From: a virus
Taxonomy: Duplodnaviria; Caudoviricetes
Direction: 5' to 3' (one strand)
Length of the DNA stretch: 52,299 nucleotides
Virus record (IMG/VR): IMGVR_UViG_3300030450_003597
Span: 1 to 52,299 of that record
The notes beneath the pieces are model-generated. The model ran no database searches, was not told where the DNA came from, and saw only the letters and a list, made by a program, of their open reading frames with translations. The position numbers were made by a program, and so were the translations under genes. Shown here in pieces: positions 1 through 7,573 of the stretch (position 1 is its first letter; each line of letters opens with the position of its first letter).

Positions 1-55
1 CAAGGATGTTCAAGCCAAAGCGTTAGAGCATTTAACTGCTTTGAAGGAAGGTTAA
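1..55 (+). CDS. C-terminal end of a hypothetical protein (KDVQAKALEHLTALKEG*), probably the continuation of the ORF starting at 52068
   Basis: Open frame from position 2 to TAA at 53-55, followed by a terminator. The window end (...cccaaggata) and start (caaggatgtt) share caaggat. Confidence 0.6.
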   Translation, partial: KDVQAKALEHLTALKEG

Positions 56-67
56 GAGCGTAGTATT

Positions 68-98
68 AGGGAGGTTTAATAGCCTCCCTTTTCTTTTT
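68..98 (+). terminator. Intrinsic terminator
   Basis: Hairpin AGGGAGG-loop-CCTCCCT followed by TTTCTTTTT, right after a stop codon. Confidence 0.85.
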
Positions 99-160
99 AT
101 TAAGTAATACATACAGCAAAGCTGTGTGCTAACTTTAAAATAGCTAAATAAGGAGCAAAA

Positions 161-331
161 ATGGTAAATACACCGAAGATTTTTAAAGATTTATATGAAA
201 GCCTAAGTACATGGAAAGAATGCGATATTTGTGGGTATATGTGTAGTCCAGATAAAGTAAATACTCAATCAATAGAGTCTGAAAATTATGGGTATCACGA
301 TTATAAAATTTGTGATGATTGTGATAGTTAA
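161..331 (+). CDS. Small Zn-ribbon-like protein (56 aa)
   Basis: Not in the ORF track. AAGGAG RBS upstream; CDIC and CDDC motifs. Confidence 0.7.
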   Translation: MVNTPKIFKDLYESLSTWKECDICGYMCSPDKVNTQSIESENYGYHDYKICDDCDS

Positions 332-340
332 ACAAAAGAA

Positions 341-480
341 TTAGTAAATTATAAATAACGAAAACAGTTGAGCGCTGCCTGGCATAAACCCCAGTGATGT
401 GGAGAGAGAATATATAAAGGCATTTATATGTTCTTGGCGATAACTCTAGTCCCACTTAAAAGGTATTTATAATTTACTAA
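341..480 (+). ncRNA. Putative structured RNA element closed by a 17-bp perfect inverted repeat
   Basis: TTAGTAAATTATAAATA (341-357) pairs with TATTTATAATTTACTAA (464-480). Internal hairpins include AGAATATATAAA/TTTATATGTTCT. Intergenic. Confidence 0.5.
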
Positions 481-641
481 ATAATTGTAAATAGTTAAAT
501 AATGAGTTTATAGGCTTGATAAGTTACCTTCTACAAATACTTGTGACGACTCATCAAATATTGCATATGTTGCCTATAGCGTATGCAATAAGGTATTATT
601 ACTAAAAATAACTCTTAAAAATAGCATAAGGAGGGCTTAAA

Positions 642-728
642 ATGTGTGGTTGTGAAAAAGATGAATATTGTTCGTTATGTGGGATAAATAAAAATGAAAA
701 AGTTGATTTAAATAAAAATAATAAATAA
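642..728 (+). CDS. Tiny Cys-rich peptide (28 aa, MCGCEKDEYCSLCG...)
   Basis: AAGGAGG RBS upstream; CxC and CxxC motifs. Confidence 0.45.
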   Translation: MCGCEKDEYCSLCGINKNEKVDLNKNNK

Positions 729-765
729 AACGGATTATTAAATAAACAATGAAAGGTAGGATATT

Positions 766-1062
766 ATGAAGAAATTAAAGTGGTTAATATTAAGATGGTT
801 ACTTGGAGAGAAGTATGAACGAGGTAGTGGAGATGTTTTAGCGATGATATATTCTTTAGGTGGTAGTGTCTCTGATAATACAAATGATATAATGGCTATT
901 AAAAGAGATACAAATAAAATTGAAGCGCTTGAGCATAAAATAGCGGTATTAGATGATTTTAATATAATGAAACTTGCAATTGAGTTTGTAAACACTAAAC
1001 ACGATTTAATCGAGAGAATTGAAGCACTTGAAATGAAAGTAAAAGAACAAAAAGAAAGGTAG
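766..1062 (+). CDS. Hypothetical coiled-coil protein
   Basis: ORF with purine-rich RBS; heptad-like C-terminus. Confidence 0.7.
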   Translation: MKKLKWLILRWLLGEKYERGSGDVLAMIYSLGGSVSDNTNDIMAIKRDTNKIEALEHKIAVLDDFNIMKLAIEFVNTKHDLIERIEALEMKVKEQKER

Positions 1063-1083
1063 GGTATTTAAGTGGGAATAAAG

Positions 1084-1254
1084 ATGGAAATAAAACAGAC
1101 CAAAAGATGGATTAGTATACATAATAATAGTACACATATTATTATAGCAAAGAACTATTGGAAAGCTTTAAAGAAAGCTCAAAAATGGTTCAATAGCAAT
1201 ACTCAAGTTAGAGTATTTGAAGACAGATTATCAACTACAGGTGGGGTAAGATAA
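1084..1254 (+). CDS. Hypothetical protein
   Basis: Short ORF in the early arm. Start could be 1072 (GTG) or 1084 (ATG). Confidence 0.55.
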   Translation: MEIKQTKRWISIHNNSTHIIIAKNYWKALKKAQKWFNSNTQVRVFEDRLSTTGGVR

Positions 1255-1263
1255 TCTATATAT

Positions 1264-1337
1264 TTAAAGAGGTAGAATCTAATGCTATTATACGGCTTTT
1301 ATGTTAGCGAAAATAGAATCCAATGCTACCTCTTTAA
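1264..1337 (+). ncRNA. Putative structured element closed by a 12-bp inverted repeat
   Basis: TTAAAGAGGTAG (1264-1275) pairs with CTACCTCTTTAA (1326-1337). Internal direct repeat TAGAATC(T/C)AATGCTA. Confidence 0.45.
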
Positions 1338-1393
1338 GATTTTTTAGTGTTTTTAATAATTTTATGATATTTATAATAAACAGAAGGAGATTA

Positions 1394-1684
1394 ATGATGG
1401 TTTTAAGTATGATGTTAAGTGTTTTAACAATAACAACAGAGTATTCATTTTCAATTATCAAAGTAAATGAAATCCAAGCGATTGAACTGGTAGATAAAGA
1501 TGATGGTGGTATATTAAGTATTACATTAAAAGGTAATAAATCAGAACAAATCATTTATGCTGAAGATAATAAAGATAAATGGGATTATGTTAAGAAATGG
1601 ATGGAATCAAATATCTTAAATATACAAGATGTAATGAGTAGTCAAGATGTATTAAGACATAAAGATACACATCCAGGATTCTAA
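1394..1684 (+). CDS. Hypothetical protein
   Basis: Track ORF 1301..1684; likely true start at 1394 after AAGGAG. Confidence 0.7.
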   Translation: MMVLSMMLSVLTITTEYSFSIIKVNEIQAIELVDKDDGGILSITLKGNKSEQIIYAEDNKDKWDYVKKWMESNILNIQDVMSSQDVLRHKDTHPGF

Positions 1685-2128
1685 AATTTAGAGAGATGAG
1701 GAGCTATGTAGACACATAGGCTTGGCTTGTAGGGATTCCGAGAAGGGTCACCTGTAATGGTGAGTGTAATCTCTCTAATAAAATTGCTAACATACCAAGG
1801 CAGAAGAGAAGAAGGCTATAGCGCTCATTATGCAAGTATGTAAATTATAAACCGAGGTGATGGTGGGAGATAGTTGTATAATGAATATAATAAAGTAATT
1901 ATACTATTATCGAGGAAAAAGTGTAGGTTTATATAAAATTTAGAGAGATAATGGCGTATGGTGCATCATGGACAGGCATGTCTTCGGTATCGATGCTGTT
2001 ATCTCTCTAATAAAATTAAGGCAGTGTGTCTGTTATCGCGAGAGCAGCAACGGGTTTTATAGCATATAGGTTAATATTACCTTTTCGGTGCTATCCTTTC
2101 ACCTGTGTTTAGCACTGCCTTATAACTT
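1682..2128 (+). ncRNA. Tandem array of five stem-closed structured units separated by (T)AAA(A)TT linkers
   Basis: Closing stems: 1688-1697/1769-1778, 1790-1795/1836-1841, 1846-1853/1926-1933, 1940-1951/1999-2010, 2017-2026/2113-2122. Units 1 and 4 share identical flanks. Confidence 0.65.
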
Positions 2129-2144
2129 AAGAAAGGAGGCATTT

Positions 2145-2252
2145 ATGCCAAATAGAAAAGCTAAAGAAAGAAAAATGGAGCGTAAAAGAAAAAACGCGGC
2201 AATAAAGAAATATAAAAGAGATTTAAAGAAACTTAAAAAGGAGAAGAAATGA
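2145..2252 (+). CDS. Very basic 35-aa peptide (MPNRKAKERKMERKRK...)
   Basis: AAGGAGG RBS; ATGA overlap with the next ORF. Confidence 0.7.
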   Translation: MPNRKAKERKMERKRKNAAIKKYKRDLKKLKKEKK

Positions 2253-2407
2253 GCTCAAATGATTGGGAAGTAAATCACGAATGGGAAGAAGTTCCAGGTG
2301 AAGATTTGTGGGAAGATGGAGAGCTTGGAGTAGAAGATGTAAAATCTAAGATATTTAGACGAATAAGATTAGGTAAATATAAATTAATGAGGAGGAAACA
2401 TGAATAG
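2249..2407 (+). CDS. Small protein with an acidic N-half and basic C-half (52 aa)
   Basis: AAGGAG RBS; coupled to the upstream ORF by an ATGA overlap. Confidence 0.6.
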   Translation: MSSNDWEVNHEWEEVPGEDLWEDGELGVEDVKSKIFRRIRLGKYKLMRRKHE

Positions 2408-2478
2408 TTATGAAGATTACCTTTTAAGTCAAATAGATGTAATGATACAAAATTCAATTAAAATAAAAAGGAGCAGTA

Positions 2479-2838
2479 ATGCAAAAAAGAACAAATCAAG
2501 CAACATTCGCAGTATTGGCAATGTTAACATTCTGGCTAACAATACACACAGTTAAATTAAATACAATAGTTCCAGACTATGAATATTTAACTAAAACTAT
2601 GAATTCTCTTATGAATAGAGTTATAGGAGCTGAAGAATTTATGAGAGAATTAGAAAGTAAAAAGGGTGAATTAGACTATAAAAAGCTTTATGAGAAACAA
2701 ATAGATAGTTTAACACCTTTTGGAGAGAAGTTTAATGAGATGAGAGAAGTATATGGAGCAGGATATACATTCCATTGGAATGGAGAATATTTTACTACAT
2801 ATTACGCTGAAGAAATTAACAATAACCAAACAAGATAA
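2479..2838 (+). CDS. Membrane-anchored protein with a C-terminal F-x-E-x-R...G-x-F-x-W-x-G-x-x-F-T-T motif
   Basis: N-terminal hydrophobic helix; AAGGAG RBS; directly upstream of the Ubl gene. Confidence 0.65.
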   Translation: MQKRTNQATFAVLAMLTFWLTIHTVKLNTIVPDYEYLTKTMNSLMNRVIGAEEFMRELESKKGELDYKKLYEKQIDSLTPFGEKFNEMREVYGAGYTFHWNGEYFTTYYAEEINNNQTR

Positions 2839-2849
2839 GGAGAGAAGGC

Positions 2850-3053
2850 ATGTCTATAAAAATCAATCTATTAAATAATGGTGAGTTCACATCACGAGAT
2901 GTATCTGCAAGTAATGTTGGAGATTTAAGGAATGAATTAGAAATTCCTACATCAGCACAAGTTAATGTTGGTGGAACTATCAGACAAAATGATTTTTCAT
3001 TGTCTGAAAATGATTATGTAGCATATACATCTAACAATAAAGTAGGAGGTTAA
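2850..3053 (+). CDS. Ubiquitin-like beta-grasp protein (ThiS/MoaD-like size) ending in di-glycine
   Basis: 67 aa with a beta-grasp-like pattern and C-terminus NKVGG. In an operon with JAB and E1 genes. Confidence 0.85.
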   Translation: MSIKINLLNNGEFTSRDVSASNVGDLRNELEIPTSAQVNVGGTIRQNDFSLSENDYVAYTSNNKVGG

Positions 3054-3055
3054 TT

Positions 3056-4612
3056 ATGAGCGATAGTATAACTTTCGATAATGGATTAACAGTTTTAAAT
3101 GTTAATAATTTAGATGTATTATCTGAACCATCTCAAGAGTTGGCTAATGCTATCGCTACAGGACCTCAAGATGAATTCTTTCAATTGTTAGAAAGTACTA
3201 ATGGGCTTATTAGGAGATTATCAGCAGGTAGAAATTATTATAATCAACCTGTTGATAATTCTCTTGATGTTTCCATTACACCATCTTGGAATTGGCGACC
3301 AGGAACTTACGATAAAATAAGAGAGCTAACGATAAAAATGCTACAATTAGAAAAGCGTAGTAATGGAGTATATAATTTCATTAAAAGAACAAAAGATAAT
3401 GCAGAATGGACTATGCATACTTTATTACGCAATTTTGATGAACTTGAGAGCTTGAAATCTACATTAAAATCAGAGAATTACCCATATAATGTTGATGTTA
3501 ATGAATATACAGATAAATTAAAATCATTTAGTACATCTGTTATAGAGCAATGTGAGAAAGTTGAAGAAACATTCCAAAACATATCTATAAAACCTTATAT
3601 TCATATAAATCAGGATAATACAAGAAATTCTATGTTTTATTTAGATGTTACATTAAATGAGCTAAAAATGAATGTATTTCATCAAAGAAATAAAATACAA
3701 GAAATTGCTTTAGAGCCTATTAGAATAGTTATTTATAACAAATTAAGGCATACTATGGCCAATTACTTGAAAAATTCTAGAATAAATAATTATTCATTTA
3801 GAGGAGTATATCAAGCAGAAGAATATCAGTATTTTAGCACAGACGATGGTGGAAGAAGTTTTAATTTTCCATATATTGCAAAAGCTAGATATAGGTATGA
3901 TAACCAAAGATATGATTATCAAACAGTATGTTTAGATAAATATTTAGATGATATTAAAAATAATCTAAGTAAAGTTGAATACATGCCAATGATAATGAAT
4001 TTAATGTCTTGGGCTACATATTATAATACTGAATATTCAAATCCTTATAACCAACCTTACGAATTGCATTTTGGTATGCCTGAATATATGAGCAGAGAAT
4101 ACAAATCAACATTTGCTAATGCATCTGATAATTGTTCAAATAGATTAGCGCGTACATATGGATTACATTCACAGCCATCTTTATCATATAAATATTTAAA
4201 TAATGGTATCGATATGATTAATAATGAATGTGATAGGATAAAATGCGTTTGGAGAGAAAATTGTGGAAAATATAGGACAATAAAACGCAATTTCGAATTA
4301 GTTAATAATGAAGATTTGAGGAATCAAGCTGAATCTTTATTAGGATTTATTCAATCTTTAGATGATTGGATGACAATTTTTAGAGATTATTATGGAGCAG
4401 TAGAAGATGATGATGAAATATTATTAAATCTTTTAATAATAAATTATAATCGTGGTAATACTCTACATGGAAATCAAATATTAACTGATTTTGGTTATTT
4501 TGACAAAGAAAATGAAGATAAGCTGGAAGATAGAGATGGAGAAGGTTCAGTACCAACAAGAGAGCAAATACAACAGAGAATGTTGCAATGGGCAACAGAA
4601 AGGAGTATGTAA
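3056..4612 (+). CDS. Putative E2 (UBC-like) conjugating-enzyme domain protein
   Basis: FPYI...VCLDKY...helix...YN...NPYN mirrors the UBC signature HPNI...ICLD...PN..DP.N. Candidate catalytic C292. Lies between the Ubl and JAB genes. Confidence 0.6.
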   Translation: MSDSITFDNGLTVLNVNNLDVLSEPSQELANAIATGPQDEFFQLLESTNGLIRRLSAGRNYYNQPVDNSLDVSITPSWNWRPGTYDKIRELTIKMLQLEKRSNGVYNFIKRTKDNAEWTMHTLLRNFDELESLKSTLKSENYPYNVDVNEYTDKLKSFSTSVIEQCEKVEETFQNISIKPYIHINQDNTRNSMFYLDVTLNELKMNVFHQRNKIQEIALEPIRIVIYNKLRHTMANYLKNSRINNYSFRGVYQAEEYQYFSTDDGGRSFNFPYIAKARYRYDNQRYDYQTVCLDKYLDDIKNNLSKVEYMPMIMNLMSWATYYNTEYSNPYNQPYELHFGMPEYMSREYKSTFANASDNCSNRLARTYGLHSQPSLSYKYLNNGIDMINNECDRIKCVWRENCGKYRTIKRNFELVNNEDLRNQAESLLGFIQSLDDWMTIFRDYYGAVEDDDEILLNLLIINYNRGNTLHGNQILTDFGYFDKENEDKLEDRDGEGSVPTREQIQQRMLQWATERSM

Positions 4613-5532
4613 TGGAACTAAGTCAAATGTTTCATATCAGAGAGAAAAGCTGGTATGAAATAATATCTTGGGCTAAGTTAGCATATGATGAAGATAAAAA
4701 TGAAATATCAGGCTTAGCTACAGCAGTACCTGATAAAAATGGATTCTTTATTATTGGCGATGTAGAAATAATGAAACAAGAAAATAGTGGCTCTAATACA
4801 GAGTTAGATGGAGATGCAGTTACAGCATATAAAATGAAATATGGGATGAAACATAAAAATCCTAATATGAAATTTGTATGGTGGCATTCACATCATACTA
4901 TGGATGCGTTTTGGTCAGGAACTGATAAGCAAGAAATAGATGCCTGGGAAAATGATTCTTTTTCATTAGCTCTTGTTATTAATCTTAAAGAAGAATATAA
5001 ATTCAGAGTAAGTATTTGGAAAGCTGCTGGATTAAATATAGCTCAACATTATGATATTCCATTAAATATATTAAGAAAAAATGGAGTAAATGTAACAGAT
5101 AAAATGAAAGAACAATATGAAGAACTTTGTTCTGATAAACATACATATGTTAACAATCATAATAACTGGAATAATAATTATCAAACAACAATATGGAATA
5201 ATGGCTTTAAAGCTAATATGCCTAATTGGAATGATATGAGCAAATATTCCAAGACACTTGAGTTAATAGAGAGCGCTATGGATGAGTTTATGAGCGATTC
5301 ATTGTCATTTAAAGATTTTAATGACCAAATGAAATTCTTAAATAGTGAAATTAAAAATCATAAAATTAAGGATTACAAGATAAAGATTCCAAAAGGCTCT
5401 AAACAAGCACTAATAAATAAGTTAAGTAGTATCTTTCCTGAAGAGTTATTAGAATTTAAGGATAATGATACAAAAGAGGCTTATCAAAATCAAACTGATG
5501 TTTGGGGAGGTAATTATGGCTACTTACATTAA
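4612..5532 (+). CDS. JAB/MPN+ (JAMM) metallo-isopeptidase
   Basis: NEISG Glu and WWHSHHTMDAFWSGTD (HxH-x7-S-x2-D). Start at 4612 by TAATG overlap with an AGGAG RBS. Confidence 0.9.
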   Translation: MELSQMFHIREKSWYEIISWAKLAYDEDKNEISGLATAVPDKNGFFIIGDVEIMKQENSGSNTELDGDAVTAYKMKYGMKHKNPNMKFVWWHSHHTMDAFWSGTDKQEIDAWENDSFSLALVINLKEEYKFRVSIWKAAGLNIAQHYDIPLNILRKNGVNVTDKMKEQYEELCSDKHTYVNNHNNWNNNYQTTIWNNGFKANMPNWNDMSKYSKTLELIESAMDEFMSDSLSFKDFNDQMKFLNSEIKNHKIKDYKIKIPKGSKQALINKLSSIFPEELLEFKDNDTKEAYQNQTDVWGGNYGYLH

Positions 5533-6199
5533 TACACGCTCTAGTGGATTAATAGATAGTCTTAATAAGCATTCTTTTCATATACTGGGCTGTGGAGCTA
5601 TAGGTAGCTCTGCAGCTACCCAGTTATGTAGAATGGGAGCAGAAAACTTCTCTTTATATGATATGGATAAAGTAGAAACACCAAATATAGGTGTATCTCA
5701 ATATAATCAATGTCATATTGGAATGAATAAGACATCTGCTTTAAAGCAACTATTAATTGATATTAATCATGAAATAGATGTAACTGAACATTTTGGTTTA
5801 TTTAGCAATTATTATTGGAATAGTAATAATGATATTATCATATTAGGATTTGATAGTATGAAATCAAGACTAGAATCAATGGAAATATGTTTAGCTAAAA
5901 GACCAAATTGGCATGAAAGCAAGCCTTTAATGGTAATTGATGGGAGGATGGGAGCCGAGCATTATCAACAGTATACCTTTTTATCTCCTTCTATAGATAA
6001 ATATAAAAAAACATGGTATTCTGATGATGAAGGAAGCTCTGAACCATGCAACATGAAAGCAACAAGCTATTGCTCTAATATGAGTGGAAGTTTTATAGCA
6101 AATACCGTTCGTAAAGTGCTAACTAAGCAACCTTATGAAGCCGCTTTGTCATTTAATTTTCCTACTACAATATTAGAGAAAAAGACCTTGTATAAATAG
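5516..6199 (+). CDS. ThiF/MoeB/E1-like adenylyltransferase
   Basis: ILGCGAIGS, DMDKVETPNIG, DGRMG, and candidate catalytic Cys in EPCNMKA. Start at 5516 after GGAGG. Confidence 0.92.
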   Translation: MATYINTRSSGLIDSLNKHSFHILGCGAIGSSAATQLCRMGAENFSLYDMDKVETPNIGVSQYNQCHIGMNKTSALKQLLIDINHEIDVTEHFGLFSNYYWNSNNDIIILGFDSMKSRLESMEICLAKRPNWHESKPLMVIDGRMGAEHYQQYTFLSPSIDKYKKTWYSDDEGSSEPCNMKATSYCSNMSGSFIANTVRKVLTKQPYEAALSFNFPTTILEKKTLYK

Positions 6200-6220
6200 C
6201 TGGAATGTTGTAATATAATG

Positions 6221-6280
6221 GGCTGGATAAAATAAGCAAGTTATGGATGTAATAAACTGCAGGTCTTGCTTATTCCAGCC
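6221..6280 (+). promoter_or_regulatory. Intergenic stem-loop between the Ubl operon and the replication genes, preceded by a TATAAT-like element
   Basis: GGCTGGA/TCCAGCC and AATAAGCAAG/CTTGCTTATT stems; TATAAT at 6214-6219. Confidence 0.5.
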
Positions 6281-6308
6281 TATTTCACTTTAACATAGGG
6301 AGAATGAA

Positions 6309-6980
6309 ATGGCATTAAAAAAAGTCAAAAGAAAAGCTGTCTCCAATAATCCTAAAACGATGTTATTATATGGAGCTCCAAAAGTAGGAAAAACTACTGC
6401 ATTAAGCAAATTAGATGATTGTCTAATTATTGATACAGAAGGTGGAGCAAATATGATTGAAGGATATGTAGAGTCAGTAAAAGATAGAGCTGAATTAATA
6501 ACGCTCTTAAAAGAAGCACAAGACGGTCATGAATTTAAATATGTAGCTATAGATACTATAGATAGAGTAGCTACATGGGCAGATAAGGCTGTTTGTGAAG
6601 AAGAAGGTGTATCAGCAGTGCAAGACTTACCTTTTGGAAAAGGTTTTGGTCTTGTAAGAGAAAAAGTATTAAATACTATACATTTTCTTAAAGAAATATT
6701 TCCTCATGTGATAATAATCGGACATAGGAAATGGGCTAGAGCAATAGTAGATGGTAAAGCTATGGTTGAACCAGAAAGCTTAGATTTAACAGGAAAGTTA
6801 AAGAATATGCTGATGGCAGATTGTGATGCTATAGGTTACGTTTATAGAGATGAAGAGAAAAAGAAGTTAATGGTATCTTTTCAAGCAAATGAAGCCCTTG
6901 AAGCAGGAAGTAGAAGTCCTCATTTGAGAGGCAAAGAAATCGAATTAAACTGGAAGCTAATATATAAAGGAGATAAATAA
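6309..6980 (+). CDS. AAA-family ATPase (Sak4/AAA_24-like recombination protein)
   Basis: Walker A YGAPKVGKTT, IIDTEGG, Walker B VAIDTI. Confidence 0.85.
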   Translation: MALKKVKRKAVSNNPKTMLLYGAPKVGKTTALSKLDDCLIIDTEGGANMIEGYVESVKDRAELITLLKEAQDGHEFKYVAIDTIDRVATWADKAVCEEEGVSAVQDLPFGKGFGLVREKVLNTIHFLKEIFPHVIIIGHRKWARAIVDGKAMVEPESLDLTGKLKNMLMADCDAIGYVYRDEEKKKLMVSFQANEALEAGSRSPHLRGKEIELNWKLIYKGDK

Positions 6981-7573
6981 TGGCGATATTTAAACCAGAG
7001 GTAAAATCAAGTCCAACTAATTTCTTAGGATTATGTAAATTTGGTATACTTGAATTTAGAGATAGGTCATCTGAATTTGACTGGGCTGACATTTTCATAG
7101 AAGTCTTAGTAAAACAAGAAGGAAGTGAATATGACAGAACTATTCAAATAAAAGGCTCTTTAGATAAAGAAAATGGAAAGATTGTAGGAGGAGCTGTACT
7201 AAAAAGAATGTATCATACCTTTGAACAATTAGGTTGCGATGCAGGTATAAACATAGATGGAGGATGGGAAGATTCAGATGGAACTGAAATTAAAGATATT
7301 GCAAAATATTTAAATGATAAATTTGTAATAGCTAATGGAAAATCAGAACCAGATATGCATTATTTAGGTTATTTCTACAGAGAGAAACCTAAAGTACCAG
7401 GTGCGAAAGCTTATACAAGAGCTTTTGCTAAGTTCTATAAAAATGAAAATGATAGTGCCAATAAACTTCAAAATGATGTTGATTGGATGAAATCAAAAGG
7501 CTATCTAAAAGAAATGACAGATGAAGTTGAATCTAAAACTGAAATGTCAGGGAGTGGTTTAGATAATCTATGA
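6980..7573 (+). CDS. Putative ssDNA-binding protein
   Basis: Follows the Sak4-like gene; beta-rich with an acidic tail. Called on position only. Confidence 0.45.
   Translation: MAIFKPEVKSSPTNFLGLCKFGILEFRDRSSEFDWADIFIEVLVKQEGSEYDRTIQIKGSLDKENGKIVGGAVLKRMYHTFEQLGCDAGINIDGGWEDSDGTEIKDIAKYLNDKFVIANGKSEPDMHYLGYFYREKPKVPGAKAYTRAFAKFYKNENDSANKLQNDVDWMKSKGYLKEMTDEVESKTEMSGSGLDNL

Noticed and set aside
1072-1254. Second Ubl precursor (ends GGVR)
   Set aside because: No convincing beta-grasp pattern and not adjacent to the operon.
1682-2128. CRISPR array or tRNA cluster
   Set aside because: Only two units share flanks, unit lengths vary widely and there are no cas genes. I saw no T-loop (GTTCRA), D-loop or CCA signatures.
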